Positions 28,401 to 35,791 of a stretch of DNA of 64,000 nucleotides are shown here, piece by piece. The stretch spans positions 96,001-160,000 of the forward strand of contig OZ240245.1 in assembly GCA_965198175.1 (NCBI GenBank), written 5' to 3'. The translations under genes were made by a program, and so were the position numbers. Below the pieces are notes generated by a model, which worked only from the letters and a program-made list of their open reading frames with translations, was not told where the DNA came from and did not search any database. The DNA comes from Candidatus Poribacteria bacterium. GTDB lineage: Bacteria; Poribacteria; WGA-4E; PCPOR2b. The number at the start of each line of letters is the position of its first letter. Positions within the stretch are counted from its first letter, which is position 1.

Positions 28401-31136
28401 GCAATTGATACTTGGACAGCGTTGCTTGAAGCCGACCCAGAGAACACGAAGTATCAGGACGGTCTCGTCAACGCCTATCGTGAGGCGGACAGAATCCCCG
28501 ATGCGCTTGAACTTGCCCAGAAATACATCGAAGGCGAAGCGGATAGCGGCGTCCACTACATCCGCCTAGCCAGAGTCTATGCGGCTGAAAATCATGTAGA
28601 TGACGCCATCGAAGCCTTTAAGCAAGCGATTGAATTTGGACCGGGCGATGGGCAGGCTTACCGCGAATTGGCACAACTTTATCTCCGTAAGAATGACCTG
28701 GATTCCGCTGAAATGGCGTTCGAGGAAGCCGTTCAATACACTGGACGTGAGTGGGAACGACGCGATATTGAAAGGCAGATGATGGACATCTACCGGCGTC
28801 AAGGTAAGTTAGAGGAGATGCTACAGAAGGCGGAGGAGGAAGGAACGCTCACGCTTGAGATGCAACAGGAGCGCGCTCGACGTTATCGGCAGGATGGTAA
28901 ATTGGAAGAAGCCGTCAGTGCCTTCAAGAAAGCCCTTGACATGACCTCCCAAAGCTGGGAGCGGAATCAGCTCTCCAACGAGTTGGTGCAGCTTTACGCG
29001 CAGCTCGGCGAGAATGACCTGGCGTTAGAGCTTTACGAAATGCTGTCCCGTTCCGGATCAATGGGCATGTCAATCAGCCACGGTTCCTCCGGTCTCAAAG
29101 TCAATTTCGTTGGAGATGAGGCACGCGAGACCCTAATTAACGCCTATAGAAGTCAAGGGAAACTTGAGCAGCTGAAAACTCTTTTTGAAAGGCGCCTTGA
29201 GAAAGAGGTAGATAATCCCGCCGTCCTTGAGATGCTCGCAGAAATTTATCGGAACACCAACGCCCACAAGCAGGCTGCTGAAATGTATCAAGCCCTCTGC
29301 AAAGTACAGCCGGGCAACGTCCGCAGCTATTACTACGCCGCCGCCGCTCTCAATAAGGGTGAGGAGCTAGACTTGGCGAAAGAACTCCTGGATCAAGGTG
29401 AAGTTGCACTCTCAGCCAGCAATCGCAAACAGGACATGTGGTTCCTCGCCGCAGTAGGGTCTATTTGTCTTGATGGCGAGATGTACGCCCCAGCAATCAA
29501 ACTCGTGGAAGACGCAATCGCTGCAAGTGGAAGGTACGGTCGCGGTAGTTGGGGGCGGGAGCAGTTATACGATATTCTCGGAAAAAGCTATCTTGGTGCA
29601 GAACGCTACGAGGAAGCCGTCAATGCGTATCAGCAGATGGCGAACGTTGCCCAAGACGACGGCAGACGAAAAACAGCAGAAGCAGCGATGCGCAGGGCAT
29701 ACAAAGATGGAAATCTGCATGAGGCGTTGATTGCGGAGCGGACACGGGCGGTTGCGGACAACCCGGATGATCCCGATACTCATTTCGCTCTCGCGCAAAC
29801 CTACGAATGGAACGACATGTCCGACGAAGCGATTGCCGCTTACGAACGCGCCCACGAATTGAATCCCGATAGCACGGTTATCTTGGAGCCGCTGGCAAAA
29901 CTGTACGCAAGTGCTGACCTCGAGAAGGCGAAACCCCTCTACAAGCGACTCATTGAGCTAGAAGAGAGTGTCCTTAATCGCATCCAGAGACGGCGCGCGC
30001 TAATCGATCTGTACACTCGCAGCGGCGAATATGACGCCGCCATTGACGAAATGCTTAACGCGGCGCGTTCCTCCGAAAATGAGGTCGAACGCAGTGTGTT
30101 ACTCCCTTCGCTTTGGAATCTCTACAGGTCTCAAGGGCGTACGACGGAAGGAATTGCGACACTTGAGTTGCTTGCATCACAATTGGCGGACAGTCCTACC
30201 TTGCACGAGGTGCTCGGCGATGCTTACACAGAGACGGGCTTCCCCGATAAAGCGGAAGCCGCTTACACCAAATGGGTTCATCTCCGTCAAGAACTTCTAG
30301 AAGATTTCGGAGACTGGCGATCACGCAGTAGGGGATTCGTTGAGCTTGTGTCTAGGCTGCTTACAAAACGAGTGCTGTCCGAAAAGGCGGTTGAATTAGC
30401 GGAACATGCGTTACAACTGAATCCTATCTCAGACAGAAAAACGACATTGGGACAAGCGTACCTTATCAACAAACAGCCAGGAAGAGTGAAGGAGCTGATT
30501 CAGTCGGAGTCGAATTCGGAAGTAAGGCATGCGTTGGTCGTGTTGCTGGCTAACCATTACCAGCGGCTAGGGAAGATTGACACCGATGTTGACTCACTGC
30601 TCCGTAAAGATGCACTTCACGCCGCCTCCACGCCGATGGAGCAAAATGCGGCGCTTAGGGAACTTTGGGAACTCTATGAAGCAGCAACTCGCCCCAGTCA
30701 AGTAACTGTTGTAGGCGAACCGGCACCTCCCGTTAAGTTTAACAATTTGATTGGCGAAGTATTCGCACTATCTGATCTCAATGGAAAGGTCGTCCTTCTA
30801 AACTTCTGGGCGACATGGTGTCCGCCATGCGTACGGGGGATTCCGCAGTTTATCGCGCTTCAAGAACAATACAATGCTCATGGACTTGTAGTATTGGGTG
30901 TTTCGCTAGACAGTGAGGGGGAGGATTGCATGAAGTCATTCGTTGCGGAATATGGAGTGACCTATCCCAACCTCATCGCGGGCCAAGATGTGAAGTCGCT
31001 ATTCGGCGGCTTAGGTTCCCTCCCAACTACGTTCCTAATCAATAGGGATGGAATAATTGTGAAGCACTATGTAGGTTACACGGATCAATCGGTCTTCCAG
31101 GAAGATATCAAAACTGCCCTTGCTGGATCGCGCTGA
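22455..31136 (+). CDS. Giant secreted TPR protein (~2890 aa) with C-terminal TlpA/ResA-like thioredoxin domain
   Basis: Signal peptide from ATG 22455; colinear with gene 12000-22055; C-terminal GKVVLLNFWATWCPPC...LPTTFLINRDG. Confidence 0.87.
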   Translation: MLKHKNQLIILVLCCSALTLVLPIIGLAQDGNIADDKVIERYKQMLERKPKAGSTFDRLYQFYLEGAGLDAMVADYQTATLANPNNPNLQLILGHIYRRLGKDNETITAYQRAVELAPNNYYPHFALGQAYAMLRRYENAIAALTQAAQYATESKSATLDDLTALYKSLGQAYFSRDRVDDAILAWAKISELEPDNIFARIELADLFREQELYAQAIEQHETIIQLKTDDPYRVCLSHREIGKIQEEKGDYPSAIQSYDAALTLTGQGNWLRKDLQHRVIGIYAADGDWDGLIAYYQGKLDATPNDPELIGLLASAYIENQQLDDGIASYQKGLELAPTDAALRLNLIAAFRTAERFEDAAAEYELLSEKQPDDFGIYRELGELYLQLEDEVRAKGAYQRMIDRNPENAGTHLILAEIYAGHEWLDDAIAAYENAIFLAPDNLDYIEYFGEFYFRQGSREKTVETWTRMVAGDRAIAENYDRLAQLLDAKDFQTEAIGASRKAVELAPGEYRYREALARRLMEHKDYEEALTEFAEASKLAPNEFFAEQMSDQQIEIYRRQGTLVGKIDELEAVPESFDQQKQLSKMYLKLGNVTNALETLIQAKELKPDNVQGNRWLADIYVQQGLRYEAVSIYKHLVEIDSANAREHYAKIARSHLDAMDFDAATAAAKQAVAHSPRNPEGHQMLAEIAKQIGNYETSTDSLMQAIRLRPEATDIREELAEIYKLSGNPRQAIEQYWRCWELSESVNDKLSFVKSLSDTYYDLGRGDEFEEKLKQLSKANPSNVGPVLALAEVYQMEGDLLGARFQLARALDRERDNPNFLAQLVEISRNLGDTQDALTYLQRLVKAQPDPIHQQQLGELLFDLGREQEAIQAWTKLLHSRNQTLEAEVKLAALLIRHGLLDEALLALNRAGEKVKNAKAIYQVGATLVEMNELDRARPHFQRILEMPKPLANVTQTVKTSSSRSAYGPPGINIRKFSLARELVWRIQEQSYGGGSGKPWLPKSFEEAQAGALVQLTTIAQQQGKLGELVQQFEADAEANPKDIQTLERLAQLYTLTENTDKVAEVTERLIAASPNDPVYQAMRLNQSMEQSLEPETFKKRLEAMTGLTTQARLWYTATYVGLLYNQGRKAEAAKVVDNLETANVTDLNTGSALVSMLAQLGRIEAAESLLAQLPTPATPTGSQISMMGTSSFAQQQLWRYLLIYQALATAYVREGQTDKGIELFWTFFDRTKPNITNARKVATLTYSSHSYSGYTPIQSSYPSPTTYYDQSRLRYLQQVFSQFWMKNQQEALFAKLRTKLDAAEGRDRVYPGLALSYCYWWVGKRDKAQEILSAIHREFPDDLTLKVNTVFASIQTGQHATALGALDELTGLDPRNRRQYYDLSLQLAAHTGNTVKVRELMTKVLNSPVGVRELYQFSQKLQQTGLTQYAIAVAKKVTTLAMGQRDPNFLMELSSHLENLGRGQDATLIAERALRFANQRDRYGQTLHSWNFQQAAHLVSRSKAVREREPQLVEAVEKNPDSFQAQVRLASFYESTNQVKKAAAAFDAALELRPKDSMTRQRYAQMLQRSGHAADAVAQYMTLLKDNPNALGYNYWEVMETFFQAGKVDELVSIAKDMIGPSVGQSFGNDFAQNVARRCIESNNAKAAVEVYEKIIEVQANQHNTYADLASAYAAAGEREKAIEFLREKLETKSTKISQNPRLQAGIVAKLTELYKASGNIQSLITEYEVKLAEEPSDPSLLYLVASMKITANDLEESDTLVNQLLDDKVVSINAHRLSSLADAYRSAGDRNRELRLLEAATEKLDPQNSWQLSEIYQKLGAIYAQNGEKEKAKDAFRKMGMMRLMMYGGGGGMFWQKQEIATLYMQHEMWDDAEATFAEIVNDLSADKWARDEAQQRLMEVKTRKGGLQTTTRLPEKLEEMAKSNLGMQRMLAQQYMQQNELSKAVEIYEQIAEVMPEDLESRANLATIYSRQSKHDKAIDTWTALLEADPENTKYQDGLVNAYREADRIPDALELAQKYIEGEADSGVHYIRLARVYAAENHVDDAIEAFKQAIEFGPGDGQAYRELAQLYLRKNDLDSAEMAFEEAVQYTGREWERRDIERQMMDIYRRQGKLEEMLQKAEEEGTLTLEMQQERARRYRQDGKLEEAVSAFKKALDMTSQSWERNQLSNELVQLYAQLGENDLALELYEMLSRSGSMGMSISHGSSGLKVNFVGDEARETLINAYRSQGKLEQLKTLFERRLEKEVDNPAVLEMLAEIYRNTNAHKQAAEMYQALCKVQPGNVRSYYYAAAALNKGEELDLAKELLDQGEVALSASNRKQDMWFLAAVGSICLDGEMYAPAIKLVEDAIAASGRYGRGSWGREQLYDILGKSYLGAERYEEAVNAYQQMANVAQDDGRRKTAEAAMRRAYKDGNLHEALIAERTRAVADNPDDPDTHFALAQTYEWNDMSDEAIAAYERAHELNPDSTVILEPLAKLYASADLEKAKPLYKRLIELEESVLNRIQRRRALIDLYTRSGEYDAAIDEMLNAARSSENEVERSVLLPSLWNLYRSQGRTTEGIATLELLASQLADSPTLHEVLGDAYTETGFPDKAEAAYTKWVHLRQELLEDFGDWRSRSRGFVELVSRLLTKRVLSEKAVELAEHALQLNPISDRKTTLGQAYLINKQPGRVKELIQSESNSEVRHALVVLLANHYQRLGKIDTDVDSLLRKDALHAASTPMEQNAALRELWELYEAATRPSQVTVVGEPAPPVKFNNLIGEVFALSDLNGKVVLLNFWATWCPPCVRGIPQFIALQEQYNAHGLVVLGVSLDSEGEDCMKSFVAEYGVTYPNLIAGQDVKSLFGGLGSLPTTFLINRDGIIVKHYVGYTDQSVFQEDIKTALAGSR

Positions 31137-31192
31137 TAGTCCTTTGTGAGAATTCCAAACGCGCGCAAGGCTAGACAACACAGGAGGAAATC

Positions 31193-32659
31193 ATGAAAGC
31201 AATTATGGTAAGACTTACGCTCGTCCTTGTAAGTCTCTTGGGATGCAGGTCGATCTTTCCGGGCATGGGCGCTGCCGCCGTTGACACAGGCACAGCGGTT
31301 GGCATCTGGCTCTTTGATGATGGCAAGGGGGAAATCGCCGTGGATTCTTCAGGTAATGGCTATGACGGGTTGTTCACAGGTGAGCCGAAATGGACTCCGG
31401 GAAAGTTCGGCATGGCGTTGGATTTCAACGGGTTTGGCGATACCGTCGAGATTCCCGGATTTGGAGAGGTGCTTCCGAGCGAGGAAGTGTCCATTGTGGC
31501 ATGGATAAAGCTTGAGGGGGTCAAAAACCAGGACCTCGTCAGCCTAGTTCCACTTAACAGAAGGCGCGCCGGTTCACTGCTATTTGATCGCTGCTCCATC
31601 CACTTTCCCTGGAACCGTCCCATATATAACGCCATCCACTGGCAGTATGGTTGGGACGAACTCACAGTAGCTCGGCCCTTGGACACCCTTGAAAGGTGGG
31701 AACACTGGGCATTTACCCTCAGCATACCGGGCAACTTCATGAAGATTCACAGAAATGGCTCAGAGATTGCGTCGACAAGTGGAGCAAGTCGCTATACTCC
31801 ACGGAATGCGAATTTACATATCGGTGGTAGATTAGATTCCTCCTTTGACGGTCTCATCGACGAATTCGCGGTTTTCAACATCGCCTTGAGCGAGAACGAA
31901 ATTAGAACGCTGATGGGAGGAATCAACCGCGCCTTCGCCAAAAGCGTGAATGTTGGGGAGACAGTGGCCAGCCCTAATGCTGCCTCCGTTCCTATTGCGG
32001 TGTCCGCTCGACTGCCGGGTGAGAACCTTAACGGTTTTAGTTTCGACATGGCTTTCGAACCGTCTATCCTACAAGCAATCAGCATCGAAGAAGGGACGTT
32101 TTTGAAACACGATGGCGCGACAACAATTTGGAACGCCCCTGTGATAAACAATGAAGATGGACTCATCAAAGGCATCACATGCCGCCGAACTGGAGAAGAT
32201 GGTGTCACAAAAGGCGCAGGACCTCTTGTCGTTGTGACTTTCAAGCCCATAAGGACTGGCGGAAGCACGGTCAGCTTACAGAACCTCCGCCTGTTTGCGC
32301 CAGACAATACGGAGATTGCTGTAGAAGCACAAGCGGGTTGGGTAGATGTCTTTCCACATGGAAGCATTTCTGGTGTGGTCCGAGACGCTGAGAATCAAAC
32401 ACCAATCGCCGATGCGAAAATTGAAGTTCGAAGAGATGGCTTTTCTTTCGGACTTACGGCGTCTTCAGATGGAACAGGCAAGTATATTCTGGACGGTGTC
32501 CCCGTCGGAGATTTCGAGGTAATTGCTTCCAAGTATCCCTATTCTCAAACTGCCACCAAAACTCAGGTCAGGTCAGGTGAAACGATATCCAACATCGATT
32601 TTGAGATGAAACCCATACTCTCCCGCAATTCGCAAGATTCGCAAGATTCGCAGAAATAG
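31193..32659 (+). CDS. Secreted LamG + cohesin + carboxypeptidase-regulatory-like domain protein
   Basis: Signal peptide; LamG (WLFDDGKG..GKFGMALDF..IDEFAVFNIALS); cohesin-like (FSFDMAFEPSILQAISIEEGTFL); GSISGVVRD..G.Y.L.GVPVG.FEV. Confidence 0.8.
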   Translation: MKAIMVRLTLVLVSLLGCRSIFPGMGAAAVDTGTAVGIWLFDDGKGEIAVDSSGNGYDGLFTGEPKWTPGKFGMALDFNGFGDTVEIPGFGEVLPSEEVSIVAWIKLEGVKNQDLVSLVPLNRRRAGSLLFDRCSIHFPWNRPIYNAIHWQYGWDELTVARPLDTLERWEHWAFTLSIPGNFMKIHRNGSEIASTSGASRYTPRNANLHIGGRLDSSFDGLIDEFAVFNIALSENEIRTLMGGINRAFAKSVNVGETVASPNAASVPIAVSARLPGENLNGFSFDMAFEPSILQAISIEEGTFLKHDGATTIWNAPVINNEDGLIKGITCRRTGEDGVTKGAGPLVVVTFKPIRTGGSTVSLQNLRLFAPDNTEIAVEAQAGWVDVFPHGSISGVVRDAENQTPIADAKIEVRRDGFSFGLTASSDGTGKYILDGVPVGDFEVIASKYPYSQTATKTQVRSGETISNIDFEMKPILSRNSQDSQDSQK

Positions 32660-32868
32660 CGGCACGAGAGTTATCACTTGTGGCTAAATTCCAGTGCCAC
32701 AACAATCGAATCCATGCAAATTCGGTGTGTTTACCTTCTGCCACGAACAGAATCAGTCCGAAGAATTGGAGTTTATAGATTCACCGACGACTCAAGAGTC
32801 AATGGAGAAAGGATGATACGATGTAAGCAGGTTTGATAGTTACCTAACAAACGTCGTAAGGAGAAACT

Positions 32869-33546
32869 ATGAAATATCTGATTGTTTTCATTTCCATTGG
32901 GCTATTGCTGTTAAGTTCAATCGCCCCAACACAGGCAAGAGGCGAATCTGAGTCAATGAAAGCACGCTGGAATGAGCGTTATGACCGCGAAATGTTTGTC
33001 TACGGCAAAGAACCTGCTGCTTTCCTCAAGCAGAAGATTGGCAGGCTAAATAGGGGGAAAGCGCTCGTCTTGGCTATGGGGGAGGGACGAAATGCCGTCT
33101 ATCTTGCCCAAAACAGCTTTGATGTAACGGGCGTAGACATTTCCGAAGTTGCTATCGAAAAATGCAACAAGCTAGCGCAGGAAAGAAACGCAGCGATGAA
33201 CGCTGTCGTTGCCGATTTAACAGATTATGACATGGGCGAAGCGCAATTTGACCTAATCACAAATTTCTACTACTACGACCCGTCTATCTTCCCGCAGGTC
33301 ATTCAGGCGCTCAAGCCGGGAGGCATGTTTATCCTTGAACAGTTCTCAGTTGACCACCTCAAATATAGGGAAACTAGCCGATTTGGTCCGAGAAACCCGG
33401 ACTATCTCATAAAACCCAACGAGCTCTTGGAACACTTCAAGTCGTTACGGGTTCTCTACTATGAAGACACCGTCGTAAATCTTGATGAGGGGATGCACAA
33501 GGGAACAGCGGCGGTAATTCGTCTCATTGCACAAAAAGTGAAGTAG
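32869..33546 (+). CDS. Class I SAM-dependent methyltransferase (TehB-like) with N-terminal signal-like peptide
   Basis: WNERY, ALVLAMGEGRNAVYLA, GVDISEVAI, LKPGG. Confidence 0.85.
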   Translation: MKYLIVFISIGLLLLSSIAPTQARGESESMKARWNERYDREMFVYGKEPAAFLKQKIGRLNRGKALVLAMGEGRNAVYLAQNSFDVTGVDISEVAIEKCNKLAQERNAAMNAVVADLTDYDMGEAQFDLITNFYYYDPSIFPQVIQALKPGGMFILEQFSVDHLKYRETSRFGPRNPDYLIKPNELLEHFKSLRVLYYEDTVVNLDEGMHKGTAAVIRLIAQKVK

Positions 33547-33627
33547 CTGTTTAACAAATACACATTCCGATATGAACGACATCGAGTCTCAAGGTCGGTG
33601 TCTTAAGATTAGAAAGGAGACTAACAG

Positions 33628-35085
33628 ATGCCTGAAGAATTGATTCTAGAAAAGATTCGCAACGTGCGCCGCCGACTGAACGTACAAAGGACGTTCAAGA
33701 TGCTGGCAAGACTTCTTTTTTACGGCATGATGCTATGTGTGCCGTTGTTTGTCGTCGATAGCTTTATCGTGACGTTTGATATTTCCCCCATCGTCCTACT
33801 TTGCACCACACTAGGTATCTCAGCCATCGGGCTAACTGCGAGCCTATTTCGTCCGATTGATCTTCATATCGCCGCCCAGACTATTGATGTCAGAGCCTCC
33901 TTGAAAGATCGCGCTGTGAGTGGCCTGGAGTTTATTCAACGGCAAACCGATGAGGTGCTGACTGCGTTACAACTCAAAGATACCTCTGACCGTTTGCAAA
34001 CACTTCCCGCAAAGGAGGTTGTTCGCTATTCGATTCCGCGCGAAACCAAGTTCGCCGCGTTGGCCATAGCCATGGGGTTGGCGTTCTCCTACATCGAATT
34101 TTTCACGCCCGTCGAAGCCCCAGCGACACTCGACTTCTCGCCGCAGATAGCCGCAGAAGCAGATCGTCTACTCGAACAAATTGAGAACGCTGAAGAGGAG
34201 GCGGAGCAGACTGGTCTGGAAGACGTGGTAAAAGAGATTAAGGAAAGGGTGCTTGAACTAAAGCAAGAAAACATCACGCCGAAAGAAGCGCTCGCCAAGT
34301 TGAGCGAAATCGACGCGGCGCTACAATCCCAGATGAATCTCGGCGAGGTTGCCAAGGCGGATGCTTTGTCGAAGTCGCTCGGCGAACAGCTTGCCGATGA
34401 CCCCAATTTGAGCGACTTCGGTCATGCGTTAAAGTCAGGTCAGTATGAAAAATCGGCCGAGAGATTATTCAAGTTATCCCAAAAACTCAAATCGTTCAAC
34501 TCAGAGCAACGCCAAAATGTCTCCGACGCGCTTGAGCGTGCAGGGTCAAATCTGCAAGGGACACAGCTCGATTCATTGGGAACAAACATGACTCAAGCTG
34601 GGCGCGCGGTAAGAAAGAAAGATTTGGATAACGCTAAGCAGAATTTACTAGCTGCCGCTCAGAAGCTATCGGATTGTGCAGGGACGAAGAGGTGTAACTC
34701 GCTGTTAGCGAAGCTTAAAGCGCAGTGTCAGGCTTGTAAGGCAGGAATAGCCAGCGCATGCAGCGGGAATCGCCCCGGCAATGGAATAGGCACCGCGACA
34801 GATTCTAATCCATTCGGCGTGTTGACAGATCTCGAAGCCGCTCGTCAGTTGGAGCGAATCACCGGCGTACAAGGTATCGGAGATTCAACAATTGAAGAGA
34901 TTACTCAAACACTTGTCGCTGAAGACCCGGAGTCTGCCGGGATGCAAACTGTGGAAAGTTATGAGGAGGCTTATACAAAGTACCAAAAGTTCTCTGAGGA
35001 CGCACTCGCTCAAGAACAGATTCCGTTGGGTTACAAGTTCTACGTTAAGCGATATTTCGAGTCCATCAAACCAAATGAGGAGTAG
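33628..35085 (+). CDS. Membrane-anchored coiled-coil protein of vWA/MoxR-associated type
   Basis: Three N-terminal TMs, long helical region, C-terminal EQIPLGYKFYVKRYF. Confidence 0.65.
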   Translation: MPEELILEKIRNVRRRLNVQRTFKMLARLLFYGMMLCVPLFVVDSFIVTFDISPIVLLCTTLGISAIGLTASLFRPIDLHIAAQTIDVRASLKDRAVSGLEFIQRQTDEVLTALQLKDTSDRLQTLPAKEVVRYSIPRETKFAALAIAMGLAFSYIEFFTPVEAPATLDFSPQIAAEADRLLEQIENAEEEAEQTGLEDVVKEIKERVLELKQENITPKEALAKLSEIDAALQSQMNLGEVAKADALSKSLGEQLADDPNLSDFGHALKSGQYEKSAERLFKLSQKLKSFNSEQRQNVSDALERAGSNLQGTQLDSLGTNMTQAGRAVRKKDLDNAKQNLLAAAQKLSDCAGTKRCNSLLAKLKAQCQACKAGIASACSGNRPGNGIGTATDSNPFGVLTDLEAARQLERITGVQGIGDSTIEEITQTLVAEDPESAGMQTVESYEEAYTKYQKFSEDALAQEQIPLGYKFYVKRYFESIKPNEE

Positions 35086-35211
35086 GTGCCGTGAAACGCA
35101 GTACGTGAAATGTAACAAGAGTACATTGCACTTCACACTTGGCAAATCAAATGTCACCGGATTAACCCTGATTTCATGGGTCTTAAAACCAATTTGATGG
35201 AGCGAAAGATC

Positions 35212-35557
35212 ATGAAAACGAGGCGGTTGCTAACGATCATAGCTGCTCTAAGTACATCATTGTCTGTTTTCTTGATTGCATCCAATTCCACAATTTTGGG
35301 GGATGAGAAAGCCTCTGAATCGACAGCAAGAGACCTCCTCACAGATCGAGGACCTGCAAGAAGAAATTGAAGCTCTTAAAGTACGTGTCAGTAGACCTGA
35401 AAGTAGACAAGGGATATCTCCCACTGTGCCACAAATTGTACACCCTTCGCATCCACTTCCGAACGCGTACGAACTTCTCAAAGGTTCAGTGAGGAGAGAA
35501 GTTTACGGCATTCCCTATAACATTATCCCGTTGCAGGACCAAAATGTTGATAAATGA
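35212..35557 (+). pseudogene. Small secreted coiled-coil protein split by a frameshift near 35341
   Basis: Frame 1 gives a signal peptide to ..ARDLL; frame 2 continues QIEDLQEEIEALKVRV..RREVYGIPYNIIPL. Confidence 0.55.
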
Positions 35558-35791
35558 GTGTTGCTTAGCAATCGGAGCATGAGAATCTGAGCCTGGGCGG
35601 TTAACCTGACCGATGTGGTGAAATCACAGAGCAGATTGCTGAAAGGTTAGCAGGTCTAATGGGCGAAGCTAATCTTGCGTTAGAGCATTCTACGCTATTG
35701 CATTATCCCCCGCAGATGTACCTCATTGTTTTCGAAGTTATGTTAAGTGCTGTCGAAAGGTTTCTATTTCAACGGGAGCCGACTGACTACC

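Noticed and set aside
9733..31136. Giant TPR proteins as Hsp90 co-chaperones
   Set aside because: HtpG lacks an EEVD tail and the TPR proteins have signal peptides, implying different compartments.
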